NCBI GenBank assembly: GCA_045123675.1
Contig: JBGVKL010000086.1
Span: 29,860-93,859, forward strand
DNA: 64,000 nt
Direction of reading: 5' to 3'
Source: Acetatifactor sp.
GTDB lineage: Bacteria > Bacillota > Clostridia > Lachnospirales > Lachnospiraceae
Shown: positions 38,317 through 49,263 of the stretch, in pieces
Layout of the letters: each line of letters starts with the position of its first letter
Numbering within the stretch: position 1 is the first letter of the stretch
Notes under the pieces: generated by a model
The model's input: the letters and a program-made list of their open reading frames with translations, nothing else
Told to the model about the DNA's origin: nothing
Databases searched by the model: none
Made by a program: the position numbers and the translations under genes

Positions 38317-41300
38317 TTATTCCTCCTCAAATTTCTTCAAAAAAGCCCGCAACAATTGTTCCGCTTCCTCATAATTAAAATCATTCACCGCCGCCTCAAC
38401 ACTACGAACCATTTCGTCTGCCTCCGGCTTATCCTGTAAAGCATTCTCTTTCAATTCTTCAATACTATCCAGCGCCATGGTCATTTCGTAATTCACCACA
38501 TAGTCCAGCAGCTGTGTTACTTTTTGCACATACTCAGAATGTCCCATCTGCTCCTTTGCATCCGGTTCCTGTAAACCCATTTCATTCTCAATTTTCCTAA
38601 GTACCTGTTCTAAAAGCTCCTGAAGCAATTCATGATTACTCTTAATCTCTTCTGTCTCCCCTGCCTTGGAAGCCAATTCCGACTTCTTTGCTGCTTCAGA
38701 AAGAGTTACTGCACCAATATTTAACGAAGTAGACTTAAGAGCGTGGGCAACGATTCCGTAATCCCCCCAATTCTCTTCTGCCAGATACTGTTCCAGCTGC
38801 TTTTGGTACTTGCGTCCTTCCTCACAATAGCTCACCAGAATTTCATTGTATAACTCTTCACTGCCTCCGCAGAACTTTAAACCGGTCTCCTTAGAAATCA
38901 ATGCTTCCTGCATATCAGACTGCTCTGTCCTCTTTTCGCCAGTTCCTTCTTCCTGCTTTGTCTGTGCTTTTTCTACTTCCGCACACTCTTCAATGGTCAT
39001 TTCCATAGGAAGATAACGCAACAATATAGCTTCCAGCTTTTCTACATCAACAGGCTTGCTGAGGTAATCGTCAAATCCCTCATCCAAGTAACGCTTTCTG
39101 GCACCGGAAACTGCATTTGCAGTCAACACTACTATAGGCGTAGATACATTGATACCCTTTCCTTCCCGGATTCGATGTAAGGTCTCAATTCCGTCCGGAT
39201 ATGGCATCATGTGATCCATCAAAATCAAATCGTATTTGTTCTTCTCGCTAAGTATTAACGCTTCTTCTCCTCCAAACGCCACATCCGGTGAAATACCGTT
39301 ACGCTTTAACAAACCGCTGATTACACTTAAATTCATACGATTATCATCCGCAGCCAAAATTCTGGCATTCGGTGCCGTAAACTTCATGATTCGATTTGCG
39401 CTCTCAGACTCCGGCACATACGTATAAATACCAATCCGCTTACTTCCGATAATCTTTTGCGGAATGACTACACTGAATACGGAACCGCTTCCTTCCACAC
39501 TTTGCAAGGTAATGGTACCGCCCATCTGTTTTACCAGACTATTGGTAATGGAAAGTCCCAAGCCACATCCTTCTACACTGCGGTCCTTATCAAATTCCAA
39601 ACGGTCAAACTCTGCAAAAATCTGTTCTACCTGATCTTCCCGGATACCAATACCCGTATCCGCCACCGTTAGGTTCATATAAAAAGTATCTTTGATTACC
39701 GATCCGCCTACCGAAAAGACAATCTGTCCCTCTTCCGTATATTTCACTGCATTGGACAACAGATTCATGATAATCTGCTTTACTCTTCCTTCATCTCCCA
39801 AAAGCTTTGCCGGTAAATTGTCTTCTACATTAAACTCTGTTTCAACTCCCTTCTGGGACGCAGAATCCTTTAAAAAGCCAATCACATTGTTGAGCATACT
39901 TTCCAGGAAATACCTTTCCGGAAAAATTTCCAGCTTTCCGGCCTCAATAGCAGAATAATCCAGTACATCATTAATCAGATTTAACAATCGTACACTTGCC
40001 TGCTTAATATTTTCAGAACATTCTGTAACTCTGTCTCCCGGAGCCTCCTGCATAATAATATCATTCATACCGAGAATGGTATTAACAGGAGTTCTGAACT
40101 CATGAGACATATTAGTCAAGAACTCTCCCTTAGCCTGATACTTAATCTTTTCCATTTCCTTCTCATGCTCAAAGCTCATTTGAGCATCTACAATCATCCA
40201 GACAATAGAAATACCAAGCCAGCCACTTACTAAAATCAAGTACCAGCGGAATCCTGCATTCTCCCATGCATGTGCTTCTTTTACAAGTGTATAACACTTC
40301 TCCTGCACCACGGTTTTCTCATCATCGCTTAAGACCTGCATACATATCGTATAACTTCCATGTTCCAAATTAGATATCTGCAGGTTTTCCAGCTCTGTAT
40401 GACCGACTACCGGAGGCTGATTGGTCAACTCCCTGATAAAGAAACGCAGCTTCACATTTGTACTCAAATAATTTCTAAGTGAACCTTCCAGCGTAATCAT
40501 CTTAGCATCCGCAGGGATCTGATACACTCCATCCTGTCCCTTCACCTGTATTCCATCATACATCACGGAAGACAGTCCGAATTTATATTCTATCGAACCG
40601 GTAGCATTAATATCCGGGTTAAAATAATTAACACCACTGTTTGTACAAAAATATAAAACACCGGATTCATCCGCATAATTCCACGAATTTGCTGTTAATC
40701 CATCCATAAGACCATCATAATAATTATATAACTTATATTTAATGGGTTCTCCTGAAACCAATTGTGCTGCATTTGTAATGTAAACTCCGGCACTGGACAA
40801 CACGCAAAGGTTATCTCCCATGACAACGGCGTCATAATTATTATAATAAGGGAACTCCTGAAGTGAGGTTACATTTTTATCCTTCATATAACACAATGAA
40901 TCACCCGATACCACAAAATAACCTTCCCCATACGGAGTAATTCTCATAATCACCTGGGAAGTCAATCCTTCCTCTCTGCCGATATGCCCAATAATCTCCT
41001 GATTTTTAATAATATAAATTCCCGCGCCGTCACTGCCTGCATACAAGGTACCATTCTCCACTTCCTGAAGACAAAGTATCTGCGGACTTTGTAACCCATC
41101 CGCCTGTGTCAGGGTTCTAACCACCTTACCCTCTTGAATAAAGTTAATTCCATTGCTGGCACCTGCTACAATTGTTCCATCTGCCAGCTCTATTACACAT
41201 CGAAAACGATCTGAAGTAGTTCCGTCTATCTTTTCCGTGAAAGTAGTTATTCCACCACTCGAAGAGTATTTTACCAAACCGGCATCGCTATAAGTACAAA

Positions 41301-43035
41301 TCCACAAATTATTATGAGAATCTGTTTTTATACAACGTACTCTTGCATCTGTCAGAAGCTCTGTAAGCCTATTATTGATGATATCACCATTTTCACGGTC
41401 AATAATTACCAAACCATTATCCGTACCACAATAAAAAGCTCCTTCATAAAGGCAAATCGTATTAACTACCGCCGGTTCCTCGCCGGCTTCTGCAAACAAC
41501 TCACCAAACACACTTCTTGACAGCTTCAAAACACCATACCTGGAGGACGCAAACCATATATTGCCTTCATAATCCTCATGGATACTTTCTACAGAACTAT
41601 CAAAGCCTTTTATGTTTAAAGCTACAACACCCTGCTCTGTAAGATATCCACAGCCCGTATCTGCAGCCAGCCACACCTTACCGGTACTGTCCGATTCAAT
41701 AGCACAAATACCGGAAAGAGGGGTCGTATCCATTCGGTCAGCAATTGCAATTTTGTCATTCACAATACGCACTTCCACCAGCTCATCCGTTGAAGTTCCT
41801 GCCCATATTTTATCCGAAGTATTACTAACACAGGTATAATAAATTCCTGCACCCTCACTACCATAGACGTGGGTTACCACGTCATCCCGCATTACAAACA
41901 GCTCACCTTCATTTGTGGAGCCCACCAACAATTCACCGATACCGGCCAAAGAATTTACATATTGAATTTCTGCATCCAAAATATGCAATATATTGTTTGT
42001 ATCAATCTTACAAATATTACCGGTAGTACCTATATAAAGTGTTCCGTCTGATGCCTCTGCGAAACAACGTACTGAATTCATATTAATCTCATCAAACAAG
42101 TTATAAAATTCAAATTCTCCGTTATTATACACGGCTACTCTTCCGCCATTGGTACCAATCCAAAGACGTCCCTTGCTGTCTGTCATCATGGCAGTAACAC
42201 TTACAATACCACCATCCGTAATAAACTCAAAGTTTTTTCCATCATAACGAGTCAATCCCGCATAGCTTCCTATCCAGATACATCCATCCTCTGTTTCTCC
42301 GATGGCATTTGCCTCCGAAGAATACAAGCCTGTAGTATTATCATAGATTGTGCTCACATATTTCTCTGTCGTATCTGCCGCCTGTACCGGCAAATCCATA
42401 CAGCCCCAGCCATTCACTAACAGACAAAATGTAATCGCAACCGTTGCCGCCTTGACTGATTTGGGCTTTTTACTCCTGAAAAAGATTTTGTTCAACAATC
42501 TGACAATTCCGCATGCCAATACTGCAGTAATTTGTTTATCTGCAATTTCAACAATTAGCGCGCCACAAAGAGAACACACAAGTACCGGCATACCGCTCCA
42601 TTCCAACATTGAGAAAAAGGCATCTCCCCACACATTCCCACTTTTTCCTCCTGCGGATAACATGTAAACAGGCACGATAATAATTATCGAAAGCAAACCT
42701 GTCCAAAAACCCATACGCAAGGCCTTGGGCAATCTATCCGGTACACCTCTGCGACGATAAAAAGCTTGAAACAGCGCCACTACAATACTGACAACCACAT
42801 ACGCAAGGCTTCCCACCTTGCCGATAAAAGCCAGCAGTCCTCCTGCAAGCCCCACCAGAATCGCACCGCTAAGTCCCAAAAAGTATACCGCAATACCGAT
42901 TCCTATGGTATCCAGCCATATAGGAAGCTGCAATTTACAGCTGACATAACGTCCCACTACATTAAGCAAAACACATAGCAGAATTACTATTATTTTTTTA
43001 CCGATTGTCAATTCTCTTTTGCTACTGTTTATCAT
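38317..43035 (-). CDS. Giant hybrid histidine kinase: ECF-S-like membrane domain, beta-propeller/Y_Y_Y sensor, TM, HisKA, HATPase, REC, Hpt
   Basis: LPIWLDTIG-containing multi-TM N-terminus; DSKGRLWIGT/EDYEGNIWFAS propeller repeats; NLEHGSYT (Y_Y_Y-like); MSHEFRTP; MDHMMP; AHALKS. Confidence 0.88.
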   Translation of the reverse strand: MINSSKRELTIGKKIIVILLCVLLNVVGRYVSCKLQLPIWLDTIGIGIAVYFLGLSGAILVGLAGGLLAFIGKVGSLAYVVVSIVVALFQAFYRRRGVPDRLPKALRMGFWTGLLSIIIIVPVYMLSAGGKSGNVWGDAFFSMLEWSGMPVLVCSLCGALIVEIADKQITAVLACGIVRLLNKIFFRSKKPKSVKAATVAITFCLLVNGWGCMDLPVQAADTTEKYVSTIYDNTTGLYSSEANAIGETEDGCIWIGSYAGLTRYDGKNFEFITDGGIVSVTAMMTDSKGRLWIGTNGGRVAVYNNGEFEFYNLFDEINMNSVRCFAEASDGTLYIGTTGNICKIDTNNILHILDAEIQYVNSLAGIGELLVGSTNEGELFVMRDDVVTHVYGSEGAGIYYTCVSNTSDKIWAGTSTDELVEVRIVNDKIAIADRMDTTPLSGICAIESDSTGKVWLAADTGCGYLTEQGVVALNIKGFDSSVESIHEDYEGNIWFASSRYGVLKLSRSVFGELFAEAGEEPAVVNTICLYEGAFYCGTDNGLVIIDRENGDIINNRLTELLTDARVRCIKTDSHNNLWICTYSDAGLVKYSSSGGITTFTEKIDGTTSDRFRCVIELADGTIVAGASNGINFIQEGKVVRTLTQADGLQSPQILCLQEVENGTLYAGSDGAGIYIIKNQEIIGHIGREEGLTSQVIMRITPYGEGYFVVSGDSLCYMKDKNVTSLQEFPYYNNYDAVVMGDNLCVLSSAGVYITNAAQLVSGEPIKYKLYNYYDGLMDGLTANSWNYADESGVLYFCTNSGVNYFNPDINATGSIEYKFGLSSVMYDGIQVKGQDGVYQIPADAKMITLEGSLRNYLSTNVKLRFFIRELTNQPPVVGHTELENLQISNLEHGSYTICMQVLSDDEKTVVQEKCYTLVKEAHAWENAGFRWYLILVSGWLGISIVWMIVDAQMSFEHEKEMEKIKYQAKGEFLTNMSHEFRTPVNTILGMNDIIMQEAPGDRVTECSENIKQASVRLLNLINDVLDYSAIEAGKLEIFPERYFLESMLNNVIGFLKDSASQKGVETEFNVEDNLPAKLLGDEGRVKQIIMNLLSNAVKYTEEGQIVFSVGGSVIKDTFYMNLTVADTGIGIREDQVEQIFAEFDRLEFDKDRSVEGCGLGLSITNSLVKQMGGTITLQSVEGSGSVFSVVIPQKIIGSKRIGIYTYVPESESANRIMKFTAPNARILAADDNRMNLSVISGLLKRNGISPDVAFGGEEALILSEKNKYDLILMDHMMPYPDGIETLHRIREGKGINVSTPIVVLTANAVSGARKRYLDEGFDDYLSKPVDVEKLEAILLRYLPMEMTIEECAEVEKAQTKQEEGTGEKRTEQSDMQEALISKETGLKFCGGSEELYNEILVSYCEEGRKYQKQLEQYLAEENWGDYGIVAHALKSTSLNIGAVTLSEAAKKSELASKAGETEEIKSNHELLQELLEQVLRKIENEMGLQEPDAKEQMGHSEYVQKVTQLLDYVVNYEMTMALDSIEELKENALQDKPEADEMVRSVEAAVNDFNYEEAEQLLRAFLKKFEEE

Positions 43036-43037
43036 TC

Positions 43038-45740
43038 CTACATCTCCAAACTATGCTTTTGAATGAATAATTTTAAAATTTCTTCTGCTTCCATATAGTT
43101 AAATTCATTCACTGCTACTTCTATCTTATCCAGCTCGTCATTTTTTAATGTTGCCGCACCGGTTGTCATTTGACGCAGACTGTCTACGCAATGAAGCGCC
43201 TCCAACATCTCATAATCCTGCACGTGTCCAAGAAGCTTTGCTAACATTTCCTGATATTTCTCTACAGTCACATCAGCCTCCTTTTTCGCTTCTTCCACAT
43301 AAATAAGTCCCTCTGCTTCTGCCAATACCTTGTCAAGCTCACTTATAAAGTCTGCAAAGCCGTCCTCCAACTCCTGAACATTTTGTGCTTTCGCAGCTTT
43401 TTCATTCTTTTTAGCCAACTCTGAAAAACCTTCTGCACCTATATTTAAAGATGTACTCTTTAACGCATGCGCAATAATGGTATAACGGCTCCAATCCTTT
43501 TGTTCAAACGCTTCTGCCAACTGTTTTCGATACTTTGCACCTTCTTCACAATAACTTTTTAAAATATCATTATACAGTTCCTTGCTTCCGCCACAGAACT
43601 TCAAGCCCAGCATAGGTAAAATAATTTCATCAGATTCTGTATGTATGGCTTCTTCCAAAACCTCACTTTCAGACATCTCGTCGTCTTCAAAAATCAGGTG
43701 TTCCTGTGGTAAAAGGCGCATCATCATGATTTCCAAAGCTTCCGGCTCAACGGGTTTGCTTAAATAGTCCACAAAACCTTCTTTAATATATTTTTCTTTT
43801 ACTCCGGCGATAGCATTGGCTGTGAGTACCACAACCGGCGTTTCCCCATTCAGTCCGCTCTTATCCTCTTGAATTAAATGCAATGTTTCAATACCGTCCG
43901 GATAAGGCATCATATGGTCCATAAGTATTAAATCGTATTTTTTCTCTCTACAAAGTTTAATACATTCCGAACCGCTTCCGGCAGTAACCGGCACAATTTT
44001 ATTTCTCTTCATCAATCCGCTTACTACTCGCAGATTCATACTATTATCATCAACCACCAGCACCTTAGATTTGCAAGCAGTAAAATGTCTTACCTTGACT
44101 TTTTCTGCTAATTGCAGTTTTTCTTTTTCGCCCGCAATCACTTGCGGGATTACAACTGTAAACTCAGAACCGGAACCATACACGCTTTTTACATCAATGT
44201 TTCCATCCATAAGTTCTACCAATAATTTCGTAATACAAAGTCCCAAACCGGTACCCTCTATATCGCGATGCTTCGATAAATCAATTCGTTCGAAACGTCC
44301 AAACAGCTTCTCCATATTCTCCGGGCTGATACCGATACCCGTATCTGCCACCGAAATCCCCAGCTGAAAATCCTTTTCTCCTCCGGGAATCCGGTACACG
44401 TTCAGAGAGATTCGTCCTTCATTGGTATATTTCACCGCATTGGTTAACAGGTTTGTAACTATCTGACGGATTCTGACCGCATCACCCATTAACGTATCCG
44501 GCAATTCCTTATCAATTTCCACTTCCAATTCCAGCTGTTTCTGCTCCGCCTTAATACGGATAATATTATCTACACTGTCCACTAATTCTTTGATGGAATA
44601 GGGAGCTTCTTCAATATTCATTTTACCCGACTCTATTTTAGACAAATCCAACACATCATTAATAATATCTAACAGATTATGGCTCGCCTTGCGGATATCC
44701 TCTGAATATCCGATAATCTCTCCGTCCCCACACTCTCTTAAAATCATTTCATTCATACCGATAATGGCGTTAATCGGCGTACGGATTTCATGAGACATAT
44801 TTGCAAGGAAATCGCTCTTGGCGCGGTTCGCTTCCTCTGCCAGTGTTTTTGCTTCTCTGAGTCTGTCACTTTCCTTTGCCTTCTTTTCTGCATTAAACAT
44901 ATATACCACAATCACTACCACTAATACCCAAAGCATACCAAAAGCCCAAGTTGTTAGTGGCTGAATTACAAATATGTCACTTCCCAAGGCATCTTCCGGA
45001 AGCACTCCCAACACATAGAAATCTGAATAGCTTAATTCTGCAACAAATAAATAATTACCATCCCCCAGTGCTAATGCTGCGGAGGGCTGCACGTTCATAA
45101 TACTTTTCAGCTCCTTACCCAATGCTACAATATCCGGTCGAACCAAAAACTTTTCTGCCTCCGGCCAGTTCTCGGAATGAGCAATACATTTTCCGCTTCC
45201 TGACACTACACATACATATCCATCTTCACCATGGCATACCAAATCCATTTCTGCAATAAACGTATCTTTGGTATAGCTCTTATACAATGCATACTTTACA
45301 TTATTTCCATTAAAAACAGGCACGGAGAAAACTACTCTGCCATCTTTACCGTAACAAACCGCCGCATTACCATGAAATGACTCTCTAATCCCTTCATACT
45401 CCACGAAATCCAAAGACTCTCCAAATACAGTTTCTCCGTTAATTCGAACCAAGCCATACTGCTCACCTTCCACGGATAATTGTGTCAAAAAATCTTTCGA
45501 TTCATCTTCATCCGCCAAAACCGCCAGACGCTCCAACTTCTCTATCTCTTCAACTAACTTATCATCTACACCGCCTGCCAATGTTTCCGCAAAATCTGAA
45601 ATCTGTGAACTAATATGTTCTGAGACAATCCCTGTAATTTTAAAGTACAGCACAAACCATACCAATCCCAAAACAAAAAAACAGCCAACTGATATTAATG
45701 AAAATTCTTTTATCTTCTTACGAAAATCATTATTCTTCAT
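43038..45740 (-). CDS. Hybrid histidine kinase: TM, Cache-like domain, TM, HisKA, HATPase, REC, Hpt
   Basis: Two TM helices around an extracellular domain ([18 protein letters not shown]); MSHEIRTP; GTGLGL; MDHMMP; AHALKS. Confidence 0.9.
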   Translation of the reverse strand: MKNNDFRKKIKEFSLISVGCFFVLGLVWFVLYFKITGIVSEHISSQISDFAETLAGGVDDKLVEEIEKLERLAVLADEDESKDFLTQLSVEGEQYGLVRINGETVFGESLDFVEYEGIRESFHGNAAVCYGKDGRVVFSVPVFNGNNVKYALYKSYTKDTFIAEMDLVCHGEDGYVCVVSGSGKCIAHSENWPEAEKFLVRPDIVALGKELKSIMNVQPSAALALGDGNYLFVAELSYSDFYVLGVLPEDALGSDIFVIQPLTTWAFGMLWVLVVVIVVYMFNAEKKAKESDRLREAKTLAEEANRAKSDFLANMSHEIRTPINAIIGMNEMILRECGDGEIIGYSEDIRKASHNLLDIINDVLDLSKIESGKMNIEEAPYSIKELVDSVDNIIRIKAEQKQLELEVEIDKELPDTLMGDAVRIRQIVTNLLTNAVKYTNEGRISLNVYRIPGGEKDFQLGISVADTGIGISPENMEKLFGRFERIDLSKHRDIEGTGLGLCITKLLVELMDGNIDVKSVYGSGSEFTVVIPQVIAGEKEKLQLAEKVKVRHFTACKSKVLVVDDNSMNLRVVSGLMKRNKIVPVTAGSGSECIKLCREKKYDLILMDHMMPYPDGIETLHLIQEDKSGLNGETPVVVLTANAIAGVKEKYIKEGFVDYLSKPVEPEALEIMMMRLLPQEHLIFEDDEMSESEVLEEAIHTESDEIILPMLGLKFCGGSKELYNDILKSYCEEGAKYRKQLAEAFEQKDWSRYTIIAHALKSTSLNIGAEGFSELAKKNEKAAKAQNVQELEDGFADFISELDKVLAEAEGLIYVEEAKKEADVTVEKYQEMLAKLLGHVQDYEMLEALHCVDSLRQMTTGAATLKNDELDKIEVAVNEFNYMEAEEILKLFIQKHSLEM

Positions 45741-46830
45741 AAATTATTACACCTTCCACATACCAGTCAAAATCATTCATCAATGCGTTATCACTAATGC
45801 TTTCCCCTTCCTCACAGCGTACATTACCTTCCGTGTCCACAATTCGTCCGGAGAACACATCATTTCCCGCAAGTATCTCTGCCTTAGCCGACTCTACCGC
45901 CATCTTTATTTGTTCCGTAACCAATGGAGAATAGTCCGCCAATCCCACTACTTCATCTTCAATACCAATCCAAAGTCGCTTATTATTCTTTTCACTATCC
46001 GATATTTTTTCACGAATAATTTTTGTATATAACTGACTCCAGTTCCATACAGCAGAAGTTAAATACTTCTCTGAAAAGTTTGCGGCATGTTCATTATAAC
46101 CGATAGAGTACACTCCTCGCGCCTCTGCTTCCTCCGTTACATATGGCTGATTCTGATGATACGCCAATACATCCGCGCCCAAATCCATCAATTTATTTGC
46201 ACACAGTCTTTCCGCTTCCTGATTATCCCAGGAATTAGACCACATAACTGTAACGGTAGCCTTCGGATTCACAGAGCGTACACCCAATGTAAATGCGTTA
46301 ATTCCGCGATTCACCTCATTATTAGGCATAGCTGCCACGTAACCGATATTGCCGGACTCACTCATATGGGCTGCAATAATTCCGGAAAGGTATCTGGCCT
46401 GATACATTCTGCCAAAGTACACCTTATAATTATCCCCCTCCGCTTCATCACTGATTCCATAAAAAGCGATTTCCGGATATTGTTCAAAAATCCCCTGAAG
46501 CTGTGCCGGATATCCGTAACTCGACAAGATAATAATACTTGCTCCTGCCTCTGCTAACTCTTCAATGGCTCCCTCACATTCATAGGTTTCTTCCAAAACA
46601 TCTTCTTTCGTAATCAGCTCTACCCCCAAGGTATCACATGCTTCTTTCACTCCGCTATAATGGGTACCGTTCCAGCCTATATCCGTCTCTTTTCCGGTAA
46701 GGATTACTCCCACAATGTGCTTATCCTCAGGTTTTTCTCTGGTAATCACCAGCATTACTGTAATAGTTGCAACCAAAAAAAGGGCAATAATCACCATTAA
46801 TGTAAACGTTTTTTTCCTACTCACAGACAA
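45730..46830 (-). CDS. BMP (PnrA/Med) family substrate-binding protein, TM-anchored
   Basis: [32 protein letters not shown]...VNP; no lipobox Cys. The start may be GTG at 46824. Confidence 0.88.
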   Translation of the reverse strand: MSVSRKKTFTLMVIIALFLVATITVMLVITREKPEDKHIVGVILTGKETDIGWNGTHYSGVKEACDTLGVELITKEDVLEETYECEGAIEELAEAGASIIILSSYGYPAQLQGIFEQYPEIAFYGISDEAEGDNYKVYFGRMYQARYLSGIIAAHMSESGNIGYVAAMPNNEVNRGINAFTLGVRSVNPKATVTVMWSNSWDNQEAERLCANKLMDLGADVLAYHQNQPYVTEEAEARGVYSIGYNEHAANFSEKYLTSAVWNWSQLYTKIIREKISDSEKNNKRLWIGIEDEVVGLADYSPLVTEQIKMAVESAKAEILAGNDVFSGRIVDTEGNVRCEEGESISDNALMNDFDWYVEGVIIYEE

Positions 46831-47902
46831 TTACCCCCTCAACGTACCAGTCAAACTCATTTAATAAGCTTGTATCACTCATATTCTCACCTTCCGCTAT
46901 GCGCAAAGTACCCGTACTGTCATAGATGGGACCATAAAATACATCGAAGGTTCCGCTTTCAATACGTTCCTTATACTGAGTCACCACTTGTTGCGCGTCT
47001 GCTGACACATTATCCGTTAAAGGAGCCAGGGAAACAATGCCGGTTTCCAACCCTTCCCAATAATTTTTGCCGGTACTTTTGTTCTGCACACACTCTGTAA
47101 AGCAGGGCGTATAAAACTGCTCCCACTCCCATACTGCAGCTGTAAGATATGTATTCGGATACTCCTGCGCGCAGTCCATATTGTAACCGATGATATCAAT
47201 ATTATTTTCATTACAAATATCCATATAAGCTATGGAATCTGAATGTACTGTTAAAACATCAATGTTATGCTCTTCAATCAGCTGTCCTACTGCAGATACC
47301 AGCGCCGCATCATCCTCCCAGGACTGACACCATTCTACATAAACCACAGCATCCGGGTTTACTGCACGTACCCCCATTGCAAATGCATTAATTCCCCTAT
47401 TTACTTCTGCATATGGGAACGCCGCCGCATAACCAATCTCTCCCGTCTGTGTCTGCAATCCTGCTACTACTCCGCATAAATACCGAATCTGGTACATTCT
47501 TCCGAAATAGGTAGTCAGATTATCTCCGCTAACTACTCCCGTTGCATGGAAAAAACATATATCGGGGTATTGTGCTGCAGCCTCCTGCATCGCCTCCCCA
47601 AAACCAAAGGAAGTTGCTACTATAATCTGGCACCCCTGCTCTATCAGCTCTTCAATTTCCTCCGCAGCCGCAGCTTCCGTCACATTCTCTTTGTACAAAA
47701 GAGGCAGCTCCAATTTCTGTGTTGCTTCAACCAATCCCTCATAATGGGCTTGCGTCCAACTTTTATCCGTTATACTACCATTAAAAATTACGCCTACCGT
47801 AAGTTCTTTATCTGCATCCCTGTCAAATGCATTACTGATAGCCACAATTCCTATCACCACCACCACTACAATGGTAATAGCAATGATAACAATTTTTTTC
47901 AT
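46817..47902 (-). CDS. BMP (PnrA/Med) family substrate-binding protein, TM-anchored
   Basis: [36 protein letters not shown]; paralogue of the neighbouring gene; no lipobox Cys. Confidence 0.88.
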   Translation of the reverse strand: MKKIVIIAITIVVVVVIGIVAISNAFDRDADKELTVGVIFNGSITDKSWTQAHYEGLVEATQKLELPLLYKENVTEAAAAEEIEELIEQGCQIIVATSFGFGEAMQEAAAQYPDICFFHATGVVSGDNLTTYFGRMYQIRYLCGVVAGLQTQTGEIGYAAAFPYAEVNRGINAFAMGVRAVNPDAVVYVEWCQSWEDDAALVSAVGQLIEEHNIDVLTVHSDSIAYMDICNENNIDIIGYNMDCAQEYPNTYLTAAVWEWEQFYTPCFTECVQNKSTGKNYWEGLETGIVSLAPLTDNVSADAQQVVTQYKERIESGTFDVFYGPIYDSTGTLRIAEGENMSDTSLLNEFDWYVEGVIVCE

Positions 47903-47914
47903 AAGTTTTTCTCC

Positions 47915-48433
47915 TTATTCCACAGTTATCTGACACATCTTCATGGCTTCCAATGCATTATTATGGCTCTGGGGTGTTACACCTGCGCAACAGGACGCAT
48001 CCACTGCCACCTTTACCTCCGGAAGTACTGCCTTAGCAATCATGGCATTGGAAATCACACAAATATCCGTGCACAAGCCAATCAAAGTAATCTTCTCAAT
48101 TGGCTCATTTTTATTCAGCCCCTTCAGATACAATCCCAGCTCAATAGAGCCAAAGGTAGGCTTGTCAATGCACACATCCGTAATATACTTTTGCAGGGAT
48201 TCTTCAATCTCCCAGCCTTCCGTACCTCGAATACAATGAGGCACCGGTAAATTCTTACCTTCCTGAGTATCCATATAGTTTTCTTCATGAGTATCCCTGG
48301 TAAAAATTACTCTTCCCTGAAAATTCTTAATCTTCTCCTCTACCTTAGGAACAATGGCCACTGCCTCTGCCGTTCCCAGCGCACCATCAATAAAATCTTT
48401 CTGCATATCTACAACAATCAATACGTTTTGCAT
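47915..48433 (-). CDS. pncA: Nicotinamidase/isochorismatase-family cysteine hydrolase
   Basis: VVDMQKDF..GAL, TRDTH, PHCI.GT.GW, DKPTFGS, GLCTDICV. Confidence 0.8.
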   Translation of the reverse strand: MQNVLIVVDMQKDFIDGALGTAEAVAIVPKVEEKIKNFQGRVIFTRDTHEENYMDTQEGKNLPVPHCIRGTEGWEIEESLQKYITDVCIDKPTFGSIELGLYLKGLNKNEPIEKITLIGLCTDICVISNAMIAKAVLPEVKVAVDASCCAGVTPQSHNNALEAMKMCQITVE

Positions 48434-48556
48434 AACATTATCCTCCTTAAAGACATACTTAATAATATTTTAGACCAAGTGTCCGATTTTTACAATATAG
48501 TAACAATGTATAATAGACATGTGATATAATATTTTTAAAAAATTTTTAAATTACTA

Positions 48557-48587
48557 TTGACCTTCCACCTTATGGAAGGTGTATGGT
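48557..48587 (+). promoter_or_regulatory. MerR-type promoter/operator
   Basis: TTGACC-N19-TATGGT with perfect dyad ACCTTCCA-N5-TGGAAGGT (48560-48580). Confidence 0.85.
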
Positions 48588-48621
48588 AACCTCACAAACA
48601 ACATTTCAGCGGGGAAAAATT

Positions 48622-49263
48622 ATGAAAATTAACGAAGCGGAGCAGTCCATCGGCATCACCAAAAAGAATATTCGTTTCTACGAACAAGAGGGCTTACTGA
48701 ACCCTTCCCGGGGTGCAAACGGTTACCGGGAATACTCAGAGGAAGATGTAACTACTCTTCAACAAATCAAGCTACTTCGAAGACTGGATATTCCTATTGA
48801 AGAAATCAAGAAGCTGCAAACCGGTACATTAACCTTAGAAGATTGTCTGCGCAGACATTTAATTGTACTGGAAAGGCGAAGCAAAAATATAAATGCTATG
48901 GAAGGCTTCTGCAACCGGCTTCTTAATGAATCTTTTGAATTGCGAACACTTCCCATATCCCAGCTCCTGACTGAAATGGACCAAATGGAAGAAGGAGGTA
49001 CCAAATTTGTGAATGTGCAAAGCAAGGATAAAACAAGACGTAAAAAAGACGCTTTGATTGCAGCGCTTGTAGCCATTGTATTTATGGTAATGTTTTTATT
49101 ATTAATGCTCTGGGCAATCTATACGGAGCCTGAGATACCTGTAATACTGGTTATATTAATTGTTTCCTTCCCTTTGTTGGGAATTGTAGGAACCATACTT
49201 GCATTAAAAGAAAGATTTTCAGAAATTGAAGGAGGAGAATTAGATGAAGCTTCTAAATATTGA
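48622..49263 (+). CDS. MerR-family regulator with two C-terminal TM helices
   Basis: IRFYEQEGLLNPSR..NGYREYSEEDV, coiled coil, two hydrophobic helices. Start moved to ATG 48622 because the ORF-track ATG lies inside the -10 box. Confidence 0.88.
   Translation: MKINEAEQSIGITKKNIRFYEQEGLLNPSRGANGYREYSEEDVTTLQQIKLLRRLDIPIEEIKKLQTGTLTLEDCLRRHLIVLERRSKNINAMEGFCNRLLNESFELRTLPISQLLTEMDQMEEGGTKFVNVQSKDKTRRKKDALIAALVAIVFMVMFLLLMLWAIYTEPEIPVILVILIVSFPLLGIVGTILALKERFSEIEGGELDEASKY

Noticed and set aside
47546-48250. 234-aa plus-strand ORF and similar short antisense or nested ORFs throughout the track
   Set aside because: They overlap genes with clear motifs and have non-protein-like composition.
48434-48550. 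NiaR or NrtR operator, or a riboswitch, upstream of pncA
   Set aside because: No convincing dyad or aptamer motif; the region is simply AT-rich.
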